Shown in pieces: positions 12,880 to 25,384 of a DNA stretch of 64,000 bases. A program made the translations under genes and the position numbers. Within the stretch, counting starts at the first letter, position 1, and every line of letters starts with the position of its first letter. Source of the DNA: Torpedo marmorata (Eukaryota); contig OZ360249.1 in NCBI GenBank assembly GCA_977017645.1, forward strand, positions 31,682,001 to 31,746,000, read 5' to 3'. The notes under the pieces are model-generated. The model was not told the DNA's origin, ran no database searches, and saw only the letters and a program-made list of their open reading frames with translations.

Positions 12880-13330
12880 AAGTCTTCCTACCTTCTGCAA
12901 AGCACTCAGGATGTGATGGAATACTTTCCACTTGGCTGGACAAGGGCAGCTCCATCAGCACTCAAGAAGTTGGACACTAGCCAACTATCCAAGACATTAC
13001 GAATTCACTAGCTCCGCCTGTTCTGTGGCTTCAGCGAGCACTGATTGCACTACAACTCACCAAGGCTTCATTAGCGTCTGCAGCCTTTCTCATCTCGAAA
13101 GATACAAGCAACAGGCACATGGCAACATCACCAAGTCCAAACTCCCATCGAATCACATAGACTAACTAACCAGGACATGTATCACTGTTTCTTCATTATC
13201 TTTAGGTCAAAACCTTGGACCATAGTTCCATGCCTAAAAGTAAATTGGATATACATTCAGCTGTTCCAGGGGGACTGCTCACTTTCACTATTTCAAGGAT
13301 AAATAGGGTTGTGCAATGAATGGTTTTCTT
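12880..13330 (+). mobile_element. Old, degraded CR1/L2-type LINE 3' remnant
   Basis: GGATGTGATGGAATACTTTCCACTTGGCTGGA...CAGCTCCATCAGCACTCAAGAAG; a related remnant lies at 36240-36655. Confidence 0.55.
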
Positions 13331-13647
13331 ACTAAATAGCTAAACAAATAAAAATACTGTGAAATGTACAATGAAATAGTAAAGCATTTTTCATTGCTTC
13401 TTGAAGATTGTCAATCAGGAGTTAATGTAATGAACACTTTTCAAGTGTCTGAAATAAATTATATCAATATGTGCAGGTTGTAGATAATGAATATCTCATG
13501 CCATTTGCTTGAGTGCTTGATAAAATTTGACTAAAACCTTCTTTCATGTACACTATCAGAATCCTGCAGATTGAGAGTGGTGGATTCGCATTAAAACCAG
13601 TCGGACATGGAGGTGTTGATGGTTGTGAACATTGATGAGTTGTCGGA

Positions 13648-14054
13648 CTTGACTGAATGGCGTCACTCTCACCTGAATTAGAATACTACGCTTTTCAATC
13701 TTGCTCCAGATTTTTAAGTGTAAAGTGAAGGCTCGTATTTCTCTGCAGTACCGAGAGAGTAGTACTCTGTTAGATTAGTACTGGGCTCTGACTACACTCT
13801 TAGTTAGACATAAAAGATTACATCAAGGACACCAGCAGAATTTCTCCGAGGGTCCTCTGGAAAACTTTCCTCATCCACGAATTAAAGCAGCAAATCTGCC
13901 CATTTACTTCATTGCTGTTTGGCTACTCTGTGGCATACAAATTGAGTACTGCTTTTCCTATGGTTTTAGTAACTACATGTTCAAAAGTATTCATTTGGCT
14001 GTAGAGATCTCCTGAAATTGTGTGAGGCGCAATAAAAATGTAGGATATTTCTTT
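13648..14054 (+). mobile_element. Degraded DeuSINE-like element
   Basis: Degenerate tRNA-like head, Deu-like core (CATTGCTGTTTG, CAAATTG..TGC..TTTCCTA, TTCAAAAGTA.T..TTGGCTGTA) and GGCGC.ATA.AAATG tail; recognised from recalled consensus. Confidence 0.55.
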
Positions 14055-14729
14055 CAAAAGAGGTCAATTTTAGTTTTAATTGGTTGGGCCAATAAGTATG
14101 ACTTTAGACCAGAGAGGAAGAAAAACAAACAGAAAATGCCTAGCCCTGTGATAACAGTGACTTAGGACAACTATTTTCAGTTTCAACATATGCTGCACAT
14201 TCATTTCAACTAAAGTGCAGTGGTAATGAATGAAAATCTTCCAGGTTTACGTAACAGCTCTTGATAGCTTAATGTTTTGTTCCTGGAAACTCCAGGATAC
14301 TCTGGGAAAATTGGAAGCCCACATTCCATCACAACATTGTTGATCTTCAACACTCTCTGCAGTAGCCTGCCAGACCACACAGCTGTAAAAACGAGGAGCA
14401 AATGAAGGTTCACTTTTACTTTCTGGAAAACAGCAAATAGGCAACATTGCAGTCATTTTTACAGTGCCCACATCTAGTTCAAAAATAAAGAAACTGGGCA
14501 AATTCCAAGATTCTGATTGGTTAAATATATTTTGGTTAAGCACTCAATTTTGTGAAGGAAAATGAGGAAAATTAGCAAGAAGTATGTTACAGTGGTTGGA
14601 AGGGAGACGTTACTTAATAATGTTGGGATTGTGGTGTTGTGGTTCTGGGGTGCCGGGAAAGATCTGGATGTACTGAAAGATAAACTGTTTTGAACTCTCA
14701 AAATACAGGGGAATGATGCGAATCAAAAT

Positions 14730-14975
14730 GGGCATCAAGGTTAGCGTAGCGTTTAGTGCAACGCTATTACAACGCCATCGACATGGGTTAGAATTCGACG
14801 CTGTTTATAAGGAGTTTGTACTTTCTTACCGTGTCTGTGTGGGTGTCCTCCAGGTGCTCCGGTTTCCTCCCACCCTTCAAAAATGTACAGGGTTTGTAGG
14901 TTAATTAGTGTATTCGAGCGGCACGGGCTTGTGGGCCGGAAGGGCATGTCACTGTGCTGTATGTCAAATAAAAAA
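14730..14975 (+). mobile_element. HE1-like V-SINE
   Basis: Head, V-domain and tail match the family. Confidence 0.85.
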
Positions 14976-15329
14976 GTTGTGCGATGGATAGATGGAGATT
15001 GGAGGTGGATGAGGGTGATGTGCTGGAATATCGACATACCTGGAATGACTGAGGAGTGCTCTGGAAACAGTGGTTCTGATGTGGAGTGGAATTTATTAGA
15101 AACTGCTAAGTTCCTACCAGCAGATTGTGTTTTGTATCATAGGCCAAGGAAATGTTTGAGCGCAGATACACATAGAACACTACAGTACAGAAACAGGCCC
15201 TTTCGCGCATCTAGTCCGTGCCGATGGAGATGGGAACATAAAGAAAGTTGCTGGCGACTTGAGTGGGGTGTAAATTCCAGTACATACCTATTTAGGTTAA
15301 TAGTGTTTTTCTATGCAGTAAACTTCGCA

Positions 15330-15675
15330 ATGCAGAAAAGTGCTGGAGAAACTCGGTAGACCATGCAGCATCCATAGACAGTAAAAGACCATCGATATTT
15401 CGGGATTAAGCCCTTCTTCAGGAGTGCCTAAAATCAGGCAGACACCTGAATAAAAAGGTTGAGGGGGGGTGGGGGAGGAGAATGAGCACAGGCTAACAGG
15501 TAAAAGGTGGATACCAGTGGGAGAGTAGAAGAGAAGCTGAGAAGTCATGGGGTAGAGGGCAGAGGGCTAAGAAAGGTAGAATGAAGGGAAGGGGATGGGG
15601 AGCTGGAGACAAGAGCGATGAAGGAAAGAGAGACAAGGGGAGGGGGTTAATGGAAATTGGAGAAGTTGTTGTTGA
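15330..15675 (-). mobile_element. Penelope-like 3' end fragment (second subfamily) with hammerhead motif
   Basis: Minus strand CTGAAGAAGGGCTTAATCCCGAAATATCG at about 15388-15425, purine tract and end of the GIY-YIG ORF. Confidence 0.7.
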
Positions 15676-16856
15676 CTTACTTCACAATGGTGACATCACT
15701 TAATAACACATTAACTGCGTTTAAGTTTTTGAAACCAAACTACCACACCAAATGAATCGTTATTTTATTTTCTCTAATACATTTATCAAGCTTTCCTTTT
15801 ATTGTATCTTTGCTAAATGTCTCAACTACGTAGCTGTGAATTCCATATCTTAACTTCTTTCTGGGTGAAGAAGTTTACTCTGAATTCCTACTAAATTCTT
15901 TTGTGATTGCCTTATCTTTATGGTCTCTAGTTCTCTCCTCCAAGTGCAAATAGCTTCACCAAATCTTCTTAGTCAAAGGTCTTTCAGAACTCAATGGGAT
16001 TATTATTTAGGAATTTTGAAGTAAATCCAATTTATAAACGAGCTCCTCATCTCATTCCTGCGAAGCCTTGTCCTTCATAAACGTATTGCTCCCTTTGCCT
16101 TTCTATAAAGTGATCGCACATAATTTGAACATGAATAATGAGTAATTTTTCAGAGATACATTTAGGCGATGAAATGTAAATCTTTGTTTCTAACATAATT
16201 GGCAAGTGAGCTAGGATAATTCAAGATTTAATCATTATCTTCAAATTCCATCAAGTACATACAACAGTGACAATATCACTGAGAAATTGAGACAGTCAAA
16301 CTATTACAGTCTAAAATTACAGTCCTCCTATCTGTTATTATTAAACATGTTTATCACGTGAAAATAATATAAAGAATATTCTCTTCCAAGTAATAATAAA
16401 ATTTGGCTAACCTATTGGGCAAACGCAAAAAAATCTAGACAGCTCCCATATAAAGCCTGTAAATACGAAGGCACTACGTTTGATATCATGGAAACTGGCT
16501 TGAGACTTGCAATTCACACTGAAAAAAAATTTACATTTTGATGGTCTGTACAATTCCATGCTACATTTTGTTAAATAGAGTCTAAAAGCTGGATGCTTAT
16601 GACGCTTTGAAGTATTTTGGCACTGTATTGATAGTTCATTATTGATGCCTCTAGTATTTGAAATGTATTCCATAATATTATACTTTAATGCATTTTAAAT
16701 CATTATTCCATTTTCACTCCCATTATATAATTTCAAAATCAGATACTGAAAAATGAATTTCCATTTTCTTTTATTTCTGTTTGGTGGTTACTCAAAAAAA
16801 AACTAGAAATGATTTTTGTATGTTATACTTCATGCTTACAACACCAATTGTAATTT

Positions 16857-16994
16857 GAAACAGAAAATACTTAAATACTTAGCAGGTCAGACAACTTCTG
16901 TGGAAAAGGAAACAGTTAATGTGTCAAGGTCCAGGATCCTTCATTTCTGTATTTATTTCTAATTTCCTGCATCTGCCGTGGTATTATTTTCTTC
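16857..16994. mobile_element. Old Penelope-tail mini-element (fold-back)
   Basis: 15-bp TSD CACCAATTGTAATTT at 16842-16856 and 16995-17009; degenerate AGCAGGTCAG...CCTTCAT arm. Confidence 0.6.
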
Positions 16995-17392
16995 CACCAA
17001 TTGTAATTTATAGTCTTATCCAGTGAATATTTATTCCCAATCTGCTTCAAATATCTGCTACATTACTGCTGTTACTTCTTGTTTATGTACATATAATTAA
17101 AGTAAATAAAATAGCAGTTAGTACTACATGTTAAACTCTTCTGCAGTTCAGATTTCACATTCTGGATACTTTGAGCAGTGAAATAGTTAATATTGCAGCT
17201 TCTGGTATGCCACAATTAAACAGAACCATTCTGTGAGCTTCCAAGGATGTTTACAAACTGAGAGCTTGTAATGAATTCCTGCTTTCACTCAGGAATGAAA
17301 CTGAATTAAACGTGGATGCAAGTCAAAATATGATTCAGAAAGTGTTTAATTTGTCTCGTCTATAAACATAGTATCTGTAATTAGCGCTGTTT

Positions 17393-17629
17393 GGACAGCA
17401 CGGTTGGCGTAGCGGTTAGCGCAACACCTTTACAGCACCAGCGATCGGGACCGGGGTTCGAATCCTGTGCTGTCTGTAAGGAGGTTGTACGTTCTCCCCA
17501 TGTCTGCGTGGGTTTTCCCCGGGGGCTCCGGTTTCCTCCCACCATTCGAAACGTACATTAATTGGGTGTAAATTGGGTGGCATGGCCTCATGGGCCAAAC
17601 TGGCCTGTTACCGTGCTGTATGTCTAAAT
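17393..17629 (+). mobile_element. HE1-like V-SINE
   Basis: Family match. Confidence 0.85.
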
Positions 17630-18919
17630 GCATTTACGTTAGTGAGGTATAGGAGAGAATATTGGTCTGGGACTTTAATTCAGAAATTTTAGGTCAGTAG
17701 AAAGTGCTCAGTTCAATCCCTACCAAAGGGAAAGAATCCTTGCTTAGCAATTAGTTCATTTAAAACCACAGTTTCCCCCTAAACTCCTTTAAATCAATCC
17801 TGAAACACAGTGATTATATGAGTAGGTGCAAAGAATTGGATAGAAAATGTAGAAGAATCAAAAACAAAAACTGACAATGCTCCAGCCTTATTTCTGTTTC
17901 CTTCATTTATTTTTTTATTTTGATAAGAATGAAGTGTAAATGTCTCTTTGTAAAGAATTGATCATTACAAATTGAATTTGAAAAACTGCTCAAATATAAC
18001 ATTTCACTTAACTGCTTATTAATATTTAGTTTTCAAAAGCTCTAACATTAAATAAAAATTAGCAAGCAAGTACTTTTCTAGTTACAACAGCCAGCATGTG
18101 AACTTAAGGACCACAAAACACTAATTCAGAGCTGTTCCCAAGCATCTGAAGTCAAGCCAAAGGGCAAATTCAAAAGTGAAAAATTGAAAACACATAGAGA
18201 GAAGAGCTTCTTCACACAAAGAGTGATGTGTTTGGTATAATCTGCTGGGCTGAGTGTAATGGAAAAAACTCTGAGGGCATTCAAACTGCAGCCGGATCCT
18301 ATAATGGTTGAGTTGATCTTCAATGGGCCAAAAGAGCTTTTCTCACCCTAACTTATGATTGGAGTTCACAAGAACTTTTAATTTCAGTGATCTAATTTAT
18401 TGAGATTCATGCAGAGTTGCGAAATGCATTTAGTGTACGCTGATTGTTATGACAAATACCAACATAGTAGAATAGCCCATGTGATCACAGACATCATGAA
18501 GAGTGAATAGTTGTTCAGCATTTTGTTGATTAATTTGTTTCCAGCAAACAAATCCAATGTTGTTTCAAATCTGTCCAGTAAATTAAAACTTACAAACATC
18601 CCCATCAATTAATTCTGTGCGCACGCTTAAACAAAGTAAGTGAACAATATCACAATTCAAAACATCAGTGGGATTCTTGTCGGCTGATGAATGACGGTTC
18701 TGAAGAGACTGCTGGCCTTCAGCTATTGCAGCATAAGTATGTTGCAGAGTGATAGCTTCATCAGTCCAAAAGCTCTGTCGCTGGATTTAATTTGGAGTTC
18801 AGAAGTGGAGTCCAATCTTGCTAGGATTCCTAAACTGAGCTGGAATAGGATCAGTGACCCTATTTATTTCAATGGGGATTCTTGGACTGTGCAATAGGGA
18901 TGGTAGGTTTTTTTTAAAA

Positions 18920-19161
18920 ATTAAATGTTTAAATTTAGACATACATGCAGCACTGTAACAGGGCCCATGCCGCCCAATTACACCCAATTGACCTACAACC
19001 CCTGTACGTTTTTTAAGGGTGGGAGAAAACCGGAGCCCCCGGAGGAAACCCACGCAGACACAGGGAAAACGTACAAACTTCTTACAGACAGCGTCGGATA
19101 CGAACCCAAGTCGCTGGCATTGTAACAGCGTTACGCTAACTGCTACGCTAACTGTGCCACC
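18920..19161 (-). mobile_element. HE1-like V-SINE
   Basis: Family match. Confidence 0.85.
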
Positions 19162-19426
19162 GTGGTTAATTCAGTATAATTTTTTAACAATTTCAAAGTA
19201 CCGTACTTAATTTGCTTTCAAATAATATTTTTTTTAATTTTCAAAAATTTAAAAATGTTCGTAATTTTAAGTTTTCAATGTTTCTGAATGTCAGACATAT
19301 CAAAACTGTTAAAAAAATCCTCAGTGTGCCAGCAGCTAGAGCTCCAGTTCCAACATTAGCTTCTGTTGAAGCCCATTAGGCACTCTGGGGATGGGTCCAA
19401 GAGGCCCAATTGCCACCGAGTCTTTG

Positions 19427-20629
19427 GTAAAAACACAAAATGCTGGAGAAGCTCAGCAGGTCAAACAGTGTCCTTTATGTAGCAAAGGTAAAGATACATA
19501 ACCGACATTTCGGGCTTGAGCCTGTCATCAAAGTATGAGAAAATGCCGGCAGGCATCCGAACAATGTGGGGGGGGGGGGGAAGGGGGGTGGCAAAGGCAG
19601 GAGATGATAGATGGAGAAAGGTGGGAGGGGAGAGCAGCAATGAGAGGGAGGAGGGATGGCTGAGTGGGTAGAAGAACTGGAAGGACAGGGAAGGGGGGAG
19701 GGGAAAGAAAAGGCGAGCAGGTTTAGTGGAAAGCAGAAAAGTCAATGTTAATGCCATCTGGCTAGAGAGTGCCCAGACGGAAAATAAGGTGTTGGTCCTC
19801 CAATTTGCGGGTGGTCTGGGTGGGATAGTACATAAGGCCATGGACAGACATGTGAGTGTGGGAGTGTGACTCGGAAGTGAAATGGTTGGCTACTGGGAGG
19901 TCGCTGTTGTTGCGGACGGAGAGGAGGTGCTCAGTGAAGCAATCTCCCAATCTACGACCGGTCTCTCCGATGTAGAGAATGCCACAAAGGGAGCACCAGA
20001 TGCAGTAAATAAGTTCTCTGGATGTACAAGTGAAGTGTTGTTTCACTTGAAAGGCCTGTTTTGGGTCCCGGACCATGGTGAGGGAGGAGGTGTGGGCACA
20101 AGTGTTGCACCTCCTGTGGGCACAGGGGAAGGTGCCGGGGGTGCGATGGGTGGGGAGGGAGGAGTCCACGAGGGAATCGCGGAGGGAGCAGTCCCTGCGG
20201 AAGGCCAAGAGGGGAGAAGGAAAAATGTGTCTGGTGGTGGGATCCTGTAGTAAGTGCCAGAAATTCCGGTGGATAATGTGTTGGATGTGGAGGCTGGTGG
20301 GGTGGTAGGTGAGGATGAGGGGGATTTTATGTTTGGATGCAGAGGCTGGTGGGGTGGTAGGTGAGGATGAGGGAGATTCAATCCAACACATTATCTGCCG
20401 GAATTTCCGGCACTTACTACAGGATCCCACCACCAGACACATTTTTCCTTCTCCTCCCCTCTCGGCCTTCACTTGTGCATCCACTGAACTTATTTACTGC
20501 ATCCGGTCCTCCCTTTGTGGCATTCTCTACATCGGAGAGACCGGTCGTAGATTGGGAGATCGCTTCACTGAGCACCTCCTCTCCGTCCGCAACAACAGCG
20601 ACCTCCCAGTAGCCAACCATTTCAATTCC
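19427..20629 (-). mobile_element. Penelope-like element with 5' tandem duplication and inverted segment
   Basis: GIY-YIG ORF 19762-20484; 52-nt duplication at 20281-20378; + strand inverted copy at 20381-20629; hammerhead motif at about 19497-19536. Confidence 0.85.
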
Positions 20630-21068
20630 AGAGGTAAAGATATATTACCGACGTTTCGAGCCTGAGCCCTTCTTCTTCAAGGTATAAGCAAAAAACAGGA
20701 AGGAATCTGAATAAAGACCGTAGAATGCCAGAAGATGGGAGTCCAGACCAACAGCCAAAAGGTGTTAATTGGATATGATAAGAGGAAAGGTGAGAAATGA
20801 TTTTGGCTCTGTGAAAGGAGACAGTGGGAAGAGAGAGAGAGAGCGATAAACAGACAGGGGGAAGAAGGGGGGGGGGGGGCGTAGTTTAACAGAAACTGGA
20901 GAAGTCGATGTTAATGCCATCCGGTTGGAGGGTGCCCAGACAGAAGATAAGGTGTTGTTCCTCCAATTTGCAGGTGGTCTCAGTCTTGCAGTGCATGAGA
21001 CCATGGACAAACATGTCAGCAAGGGAATGGGACGGAGAATTGAAATGGGTGTCCATTGGGAGATCCAC
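20630..21068 (-). mobile_element. Penelope-like fragment, second subfamily
   Basis: HFNSPSHSLADMFVHGLMHC...KLEEQHLIFCLGTLQPDGINIDFS; hammerhead motif at about 20641-20685; near-match to 55614-55994. Confidence 0.8.
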
Positions 21069-21406
21069 GCTATTACAGTGGACAGAACCGAGGAAAATCC
21101 AGCCCATAGTTGTAAACATACTTCCAAACATTGATTTTTCTAATTATCTAAAATAACTGAGCTTGACTCAATAGTGATGGTATCCTGCCCCAGACTGAAA
21201 TCTCATTATTCCTTCCACCTCCTGAATCACACAAGCATTCATTGTGGTTCTATGACCGAATAACATTTTGGTTTCAACTATCCCTCTTTTCTATTTTCTC
21301 TTCACTTTGCTGCCTTACTCTGCCTTCCCCCGCTTGTTGTTTTTAAAATCCTCACAGCCATTACTCCCCAGCTTCTTCTCAATTTCTTCACTGAGACAAT
21401 CTACCA

Positions 21407-23012
21407 AAGACCCGACCAGTCACCCTCTACCACCACCCTCCTCCGCCTGGCAGAACTTGTCCTCACTCTCAATAACTTCTCCTTCAACTCATCCCACTTC
21501 CTCCAAATCAAAGGAGTAGCCATGGGTACCCGCATGGGTCCCAGCTACGCCTGCCTGTTTGAGAGCTTTATGGAGCAATCCATGCTGCAAGCCTGCACAG
21601 GCAAGACCCCTCATCTCTTCCTCCGGTATATCGACGACTACATCGGGGCTGCCTCATGCACCCGCGATGAGCTTGTCAACTTCATCCACTTCGCATCCAA
21701 CTTTCTCCACGATCTCAAACTCACCTGGTCCATCTCCGATAACACTCTCCCCTTCCTGGATCTCTCTGTCTCCATTCGGGAGACAAGCTTTCCACCGACA
21801 TTTACTACAAACCCTCCAACTCCCACAACTATCTGGACCACACATCCTCACACCCTGTCCCCTGCAAGGACTCCATCCCCTTCTCTCAATTTCTCCGCCT
21901 CCGCCGCATCTGTTCCCAAGATGAGGTGTTCCACTCCAGATCTTCTGAAATGTCTGCCTTTTTCCACAAACGTGGCTTCCCCTCCACCACCATCAACTCA
22001 GCCCTCACCCGCATCTCCTCCATTTCCCGCTCATCTGCCCTGGCCCCCTCTGCCCCCAGACGCAACAAACATAGAATCCCCCTCATCCTCACCTACCACC
22101 CCACCAGCCTCCGCATCCAACACATTATCCGCCGGAATTTCCGGCACTTACTACAGGATCCCACCACCAGACACACTTTTCCTTCTCCTCCCCTCTCGGC
22201 CTTCCGTAGGGACCGCTCCCTCCGCGATTCACTCGTGCACTCATCCCTCCCCACCCATCGCACCCCCGGAACCTTCCCCTGTGCCCGCAGGAGGTGCAAC
22301 ACCTGCGCCCACACCTCCCCCCTCACCACGGTCCAGGGCCCCAAACAGGCCTTCCAAGTGAAACTACACTTCACTTGTACATCCAGAGAACTTATTTACT
22401 GCATCCGGTGCTCCCTTTGTGGCTTTCTATACATTGGAGAGACCGGTCGTAGATTGGGAGACCACTTTGCTGAGCACCTCCTCTCCGTCCGCAACAACAG
22501 CGACCTCCCAGTAGCCAACCATTTCAATTCCGGATCACACTCCAACACTCACATGTCTGTCCATGGCCTTATGTACTATCCCACCCAGACTACCCGCAAA
22601 TTGGAGGAACAACATCTCATATTCCGTCTCGGCACTCTCCAGCCAGATGGCATTAACATTGACTTTTCTGCTTTCCACTAAACCTGCTTGTCGTTCCCTT
22701 CCCCTCCCCCCTCACCTGTCCTTCCTGTTTTTCTCCACCTACCTAGCCATCCCTCCTCCCCCTCTTTGCTGCTGTCCCCTCCCTCCTTTCTCCACCTATC
22801 ATCTCCTGCCTTTGCCATCCCCCTTCCCCCCTCACTCCTTTGTTCGGACGCCTGCCGGCATTTTCTCATACTTTGATGAAGGGCTCAAGCCCGAAACGTC
22901 GGTTATGTATTTCTACCTTTGCTACATAAAAGACACTGTTTGACCTGCTGAGTTTCTCCAGCATTTGTGTTTTTTACTTCAACCACGGTGTCTACAGATT
23001 TTCGTGTTTTAC
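21407..23012 (+). mobile_element. Penelope-like element, longest copy (RT C-terminal half, GIY-YIG endonuclease, 3' end)
   Basis: KGVAMGTRMGPSYACLF, FLRYIDD and LPFLDLSV RT motifs; frameshift near 21780; ORF 21926-22681 with LIYCIRC...YIGETGR. Confidence 0.92.
22867..22907 (+). ncRNA. Minimal type I hammerhead ribozyme motif in the Penelope 3' end
   Basis: Stem I CATACT/GGT(T)ATG, core TTGATGA, stem II GGGC-TCAA-GCCC, GAAA, palindromic ACGT stem III; predicted cleavage after GTC at 22900. Confidence 0.75.
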
Positions 23013-24224
23013 TTACCTTTCTCCCAATCTCTCTATGATTCGTTCCTAATGATTTTAATCTCTTTTACAATTCATCATTCATTTCCCCTTTTATTCTATG
23101 CTCACCGAATATTTTTACCAAATAAAATCTCATATGTAAATAAAAAATTGACCATTTCCTTGTATCCTTTGATGCAAATCTTTCTATCCCTTTCCATCCC
23201 TCCTAATTCATCCCTGGAAAGGATAATCCAACCACACAATTTCCCTGGTTCGTTTTGACCTCCCATTTGTTATAATATTTTGGCTATCAGTCTGCACAAT
23301 CACTTTTAAAATGGCCAGTGAAATGTCTTGAGTTTTCTTTCATAACCAGCTGTTCACTGGGCTAAAGAAAGTAGTGTAGATCTTCACACTCCATTATCAA
23401 ACCTGAACACCCAGACAGAATTATCATGAAGAAAAGGTAAATTTCACTCATCGTTCTTGCAAATCCAACTTTGCCACTCAGATAGGCTCGATCCATTAGC
23501 TTCCTCTGCTTTTCCTTGGCCACCAAGTGAAACGTTAATCGCACAATAACCTTTATTTTACACACTTTTCTAATTTCTCACTTGTCTTTGCTCATGTTCA
23601 CTTAGGGCTCAACTTGTACATGACTGAAATTCTGCTTTTTTGGCTCTCCAGATCACCCAAAGCACTGCTTCTCCCAGCTGCCTTTTTAGTGGCTACTATT
23701 TTTTTCATTTTCTACTCCCCTTCCTTTCAGAACAGACATTATACACCTCATCTCAAAGCTCACATTGAACACTTGCCTCTGTGAACAACCTTCAGAAACA
23801 TCTTTCCTTTCAAAATCCTTGAAGATTTAAAACATTTTAATTCTTTACCCATCTTTGTCATCAATGAACATTTACAAATTTCAGGATAGTTTTCCCCACC
23901 AGTCATAATAAAATGCAATTACACAGGTGCATTTTCCTTATTTGCAGTTTGACAATATTGATCTTACCACATTCATTCAATATTTTTCAAATGTCTGCCT
24001 GAGACTGCTTATCATAACATTCAAATCAGTAGATGCATCTGCAGAAATGACTTCCTTTGAAGTCCATATTACTGTTACCTCCAAAGTCTCAAGAAGCTAT
24101 CTTTGTTCTAATTGATTCTCATCACGGCCTCCGTAATGGCAACTGAGGATGTGGAGCAAGCGCCTACAGGTATACTGACATCCTTAAGTCCCATCCTTCC
24201 ACCACACCAGATACTTTACTACTT

Positions 24225-24502
24225 GTTCAGATGAAGGGTCCCAGACCTGAAATATTAACCTCTTCCCTTTCCAGAGATGAAGGGCTCAATCTCGAAATGT
24301 TGGTTATGTATCTTTATCTTTGCTATGTAAAGTACTGTACACTGTTTGACCTGCTGAGTTTCTCCAGCATTGTGTTTTTACTTCAACCACGGTGTCTGCA
24401 GTTTCATGTTTTACTTCCCTTTCCAGAGATGCTGCCTACCCTGCTGAGTATTTCCAGCATTTTTGGTTTTGTTTCAGATTTCCAGCACCTGCAGTTTTCT
24501 TT
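24225..24502 (+). mobile_element. Two nested Penelope hammerhead mini-elements
   Basis: The younger one (24280-24413) is flanked by CTTCCCTTTCCAGAGATG at 24262-24279 and 24414-24431, inside an older one (CAGATGAAGGGTCCCAGACCTGAAA...CTGCTGAGTATTTCCAGCA). Confidence 0.75.
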
Positions 24503-25278
24503 TTAAAGATTTTCTTTTACCAACATTATCAGATCATTGATGAGAAATCCAGCATTAAATGAACGGTAATTTCCTCCTGTCAAATACCAGGAAGATCAGG
24601 ATCTATCTTTTATATCCTTAATCCAACCCCTCAAGATTTCTTTGTTGTCATGTAATAAAACAGGTGAAATATCACACGAAATTTGCTTTTGTCTGCTGTA
24701 AGGCAGATAGATTCGCCTTCAACAGGAATTGCTGGGCACCCCTTTCAGTCAGAGAATGAGAAGCAAGAGTCCCCCCAGAGTCACTCAGTGTCCGTGCATT
24801 CGCCTCCAGCACACTCACAGCCCCAGACTTCAGTCCAAGCCATCAGCAACCCAAGCTCCAGATCCGAACCTCCAACACGATCAGGAAGCTTTCAACGCCC
24901 TCGGCACCCTCTCGCATCCTGGTTCCGATACCTGGTACCCCTTCAGCCGATTTCCAGCAGTCCGCAGGCTGGTGTGAGTCTTTGACCGCAAGTCACCAGC
25001 AGTGCGCACCCTCTCCTGAATACAATCTCAGATTGAACCAATCTGCTTCAGCCTTCAGAGCCATAGAGTCATACAACATAGAAACAGACCCTACAGCCCT
25101 TCATGGCTACTCGAAACATCAAGTAACCATGTGCACTAACCTACAAGCCTGTGAACTATGCCCCATGAGTCCAAAAAGTTTCCAACCCTACATCACTAAT
25201 AACTGACCACTATTTTCCAAAAATAAACTTTATTCACAATAAATTATTTACAAAAAGAAAACTGTTCAAAGTCTTTTC

Positions 25279-25384
25279 AGAGTAAAATCACAGGTATGCT
25301 GGAGGAACTCAACAGGTCTCGCAGCGCCATAGGAGGTAAAGATATATAACTGATGTTTTGGGCCTGAGCCCTTCTTCAAGGTAT
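25279..25384 (-). mobile_element. Penelope hammerhead mini-element
   Basis: TSD GTCTTTTC at 25271-25278 and 25385-25392; minus strand ATACCTTGAAGAAGGGCTCAGGCCCAAAACATC. Confidence 0.75.

Noticed and set aside
21522-22361. 279-aa ORF with a long Pro/Ser-rich C-terminus
   Set aside because: Only the first 85 or so residues are Penelope RT; the rest is out-of-frame read-through after a frameshift.
19427-23012. Whole Penelope cluster as a single inverted-repeat insertion
   Set aside because: No TSD is shared by the outer ends, and unique DNA lies between the copies.
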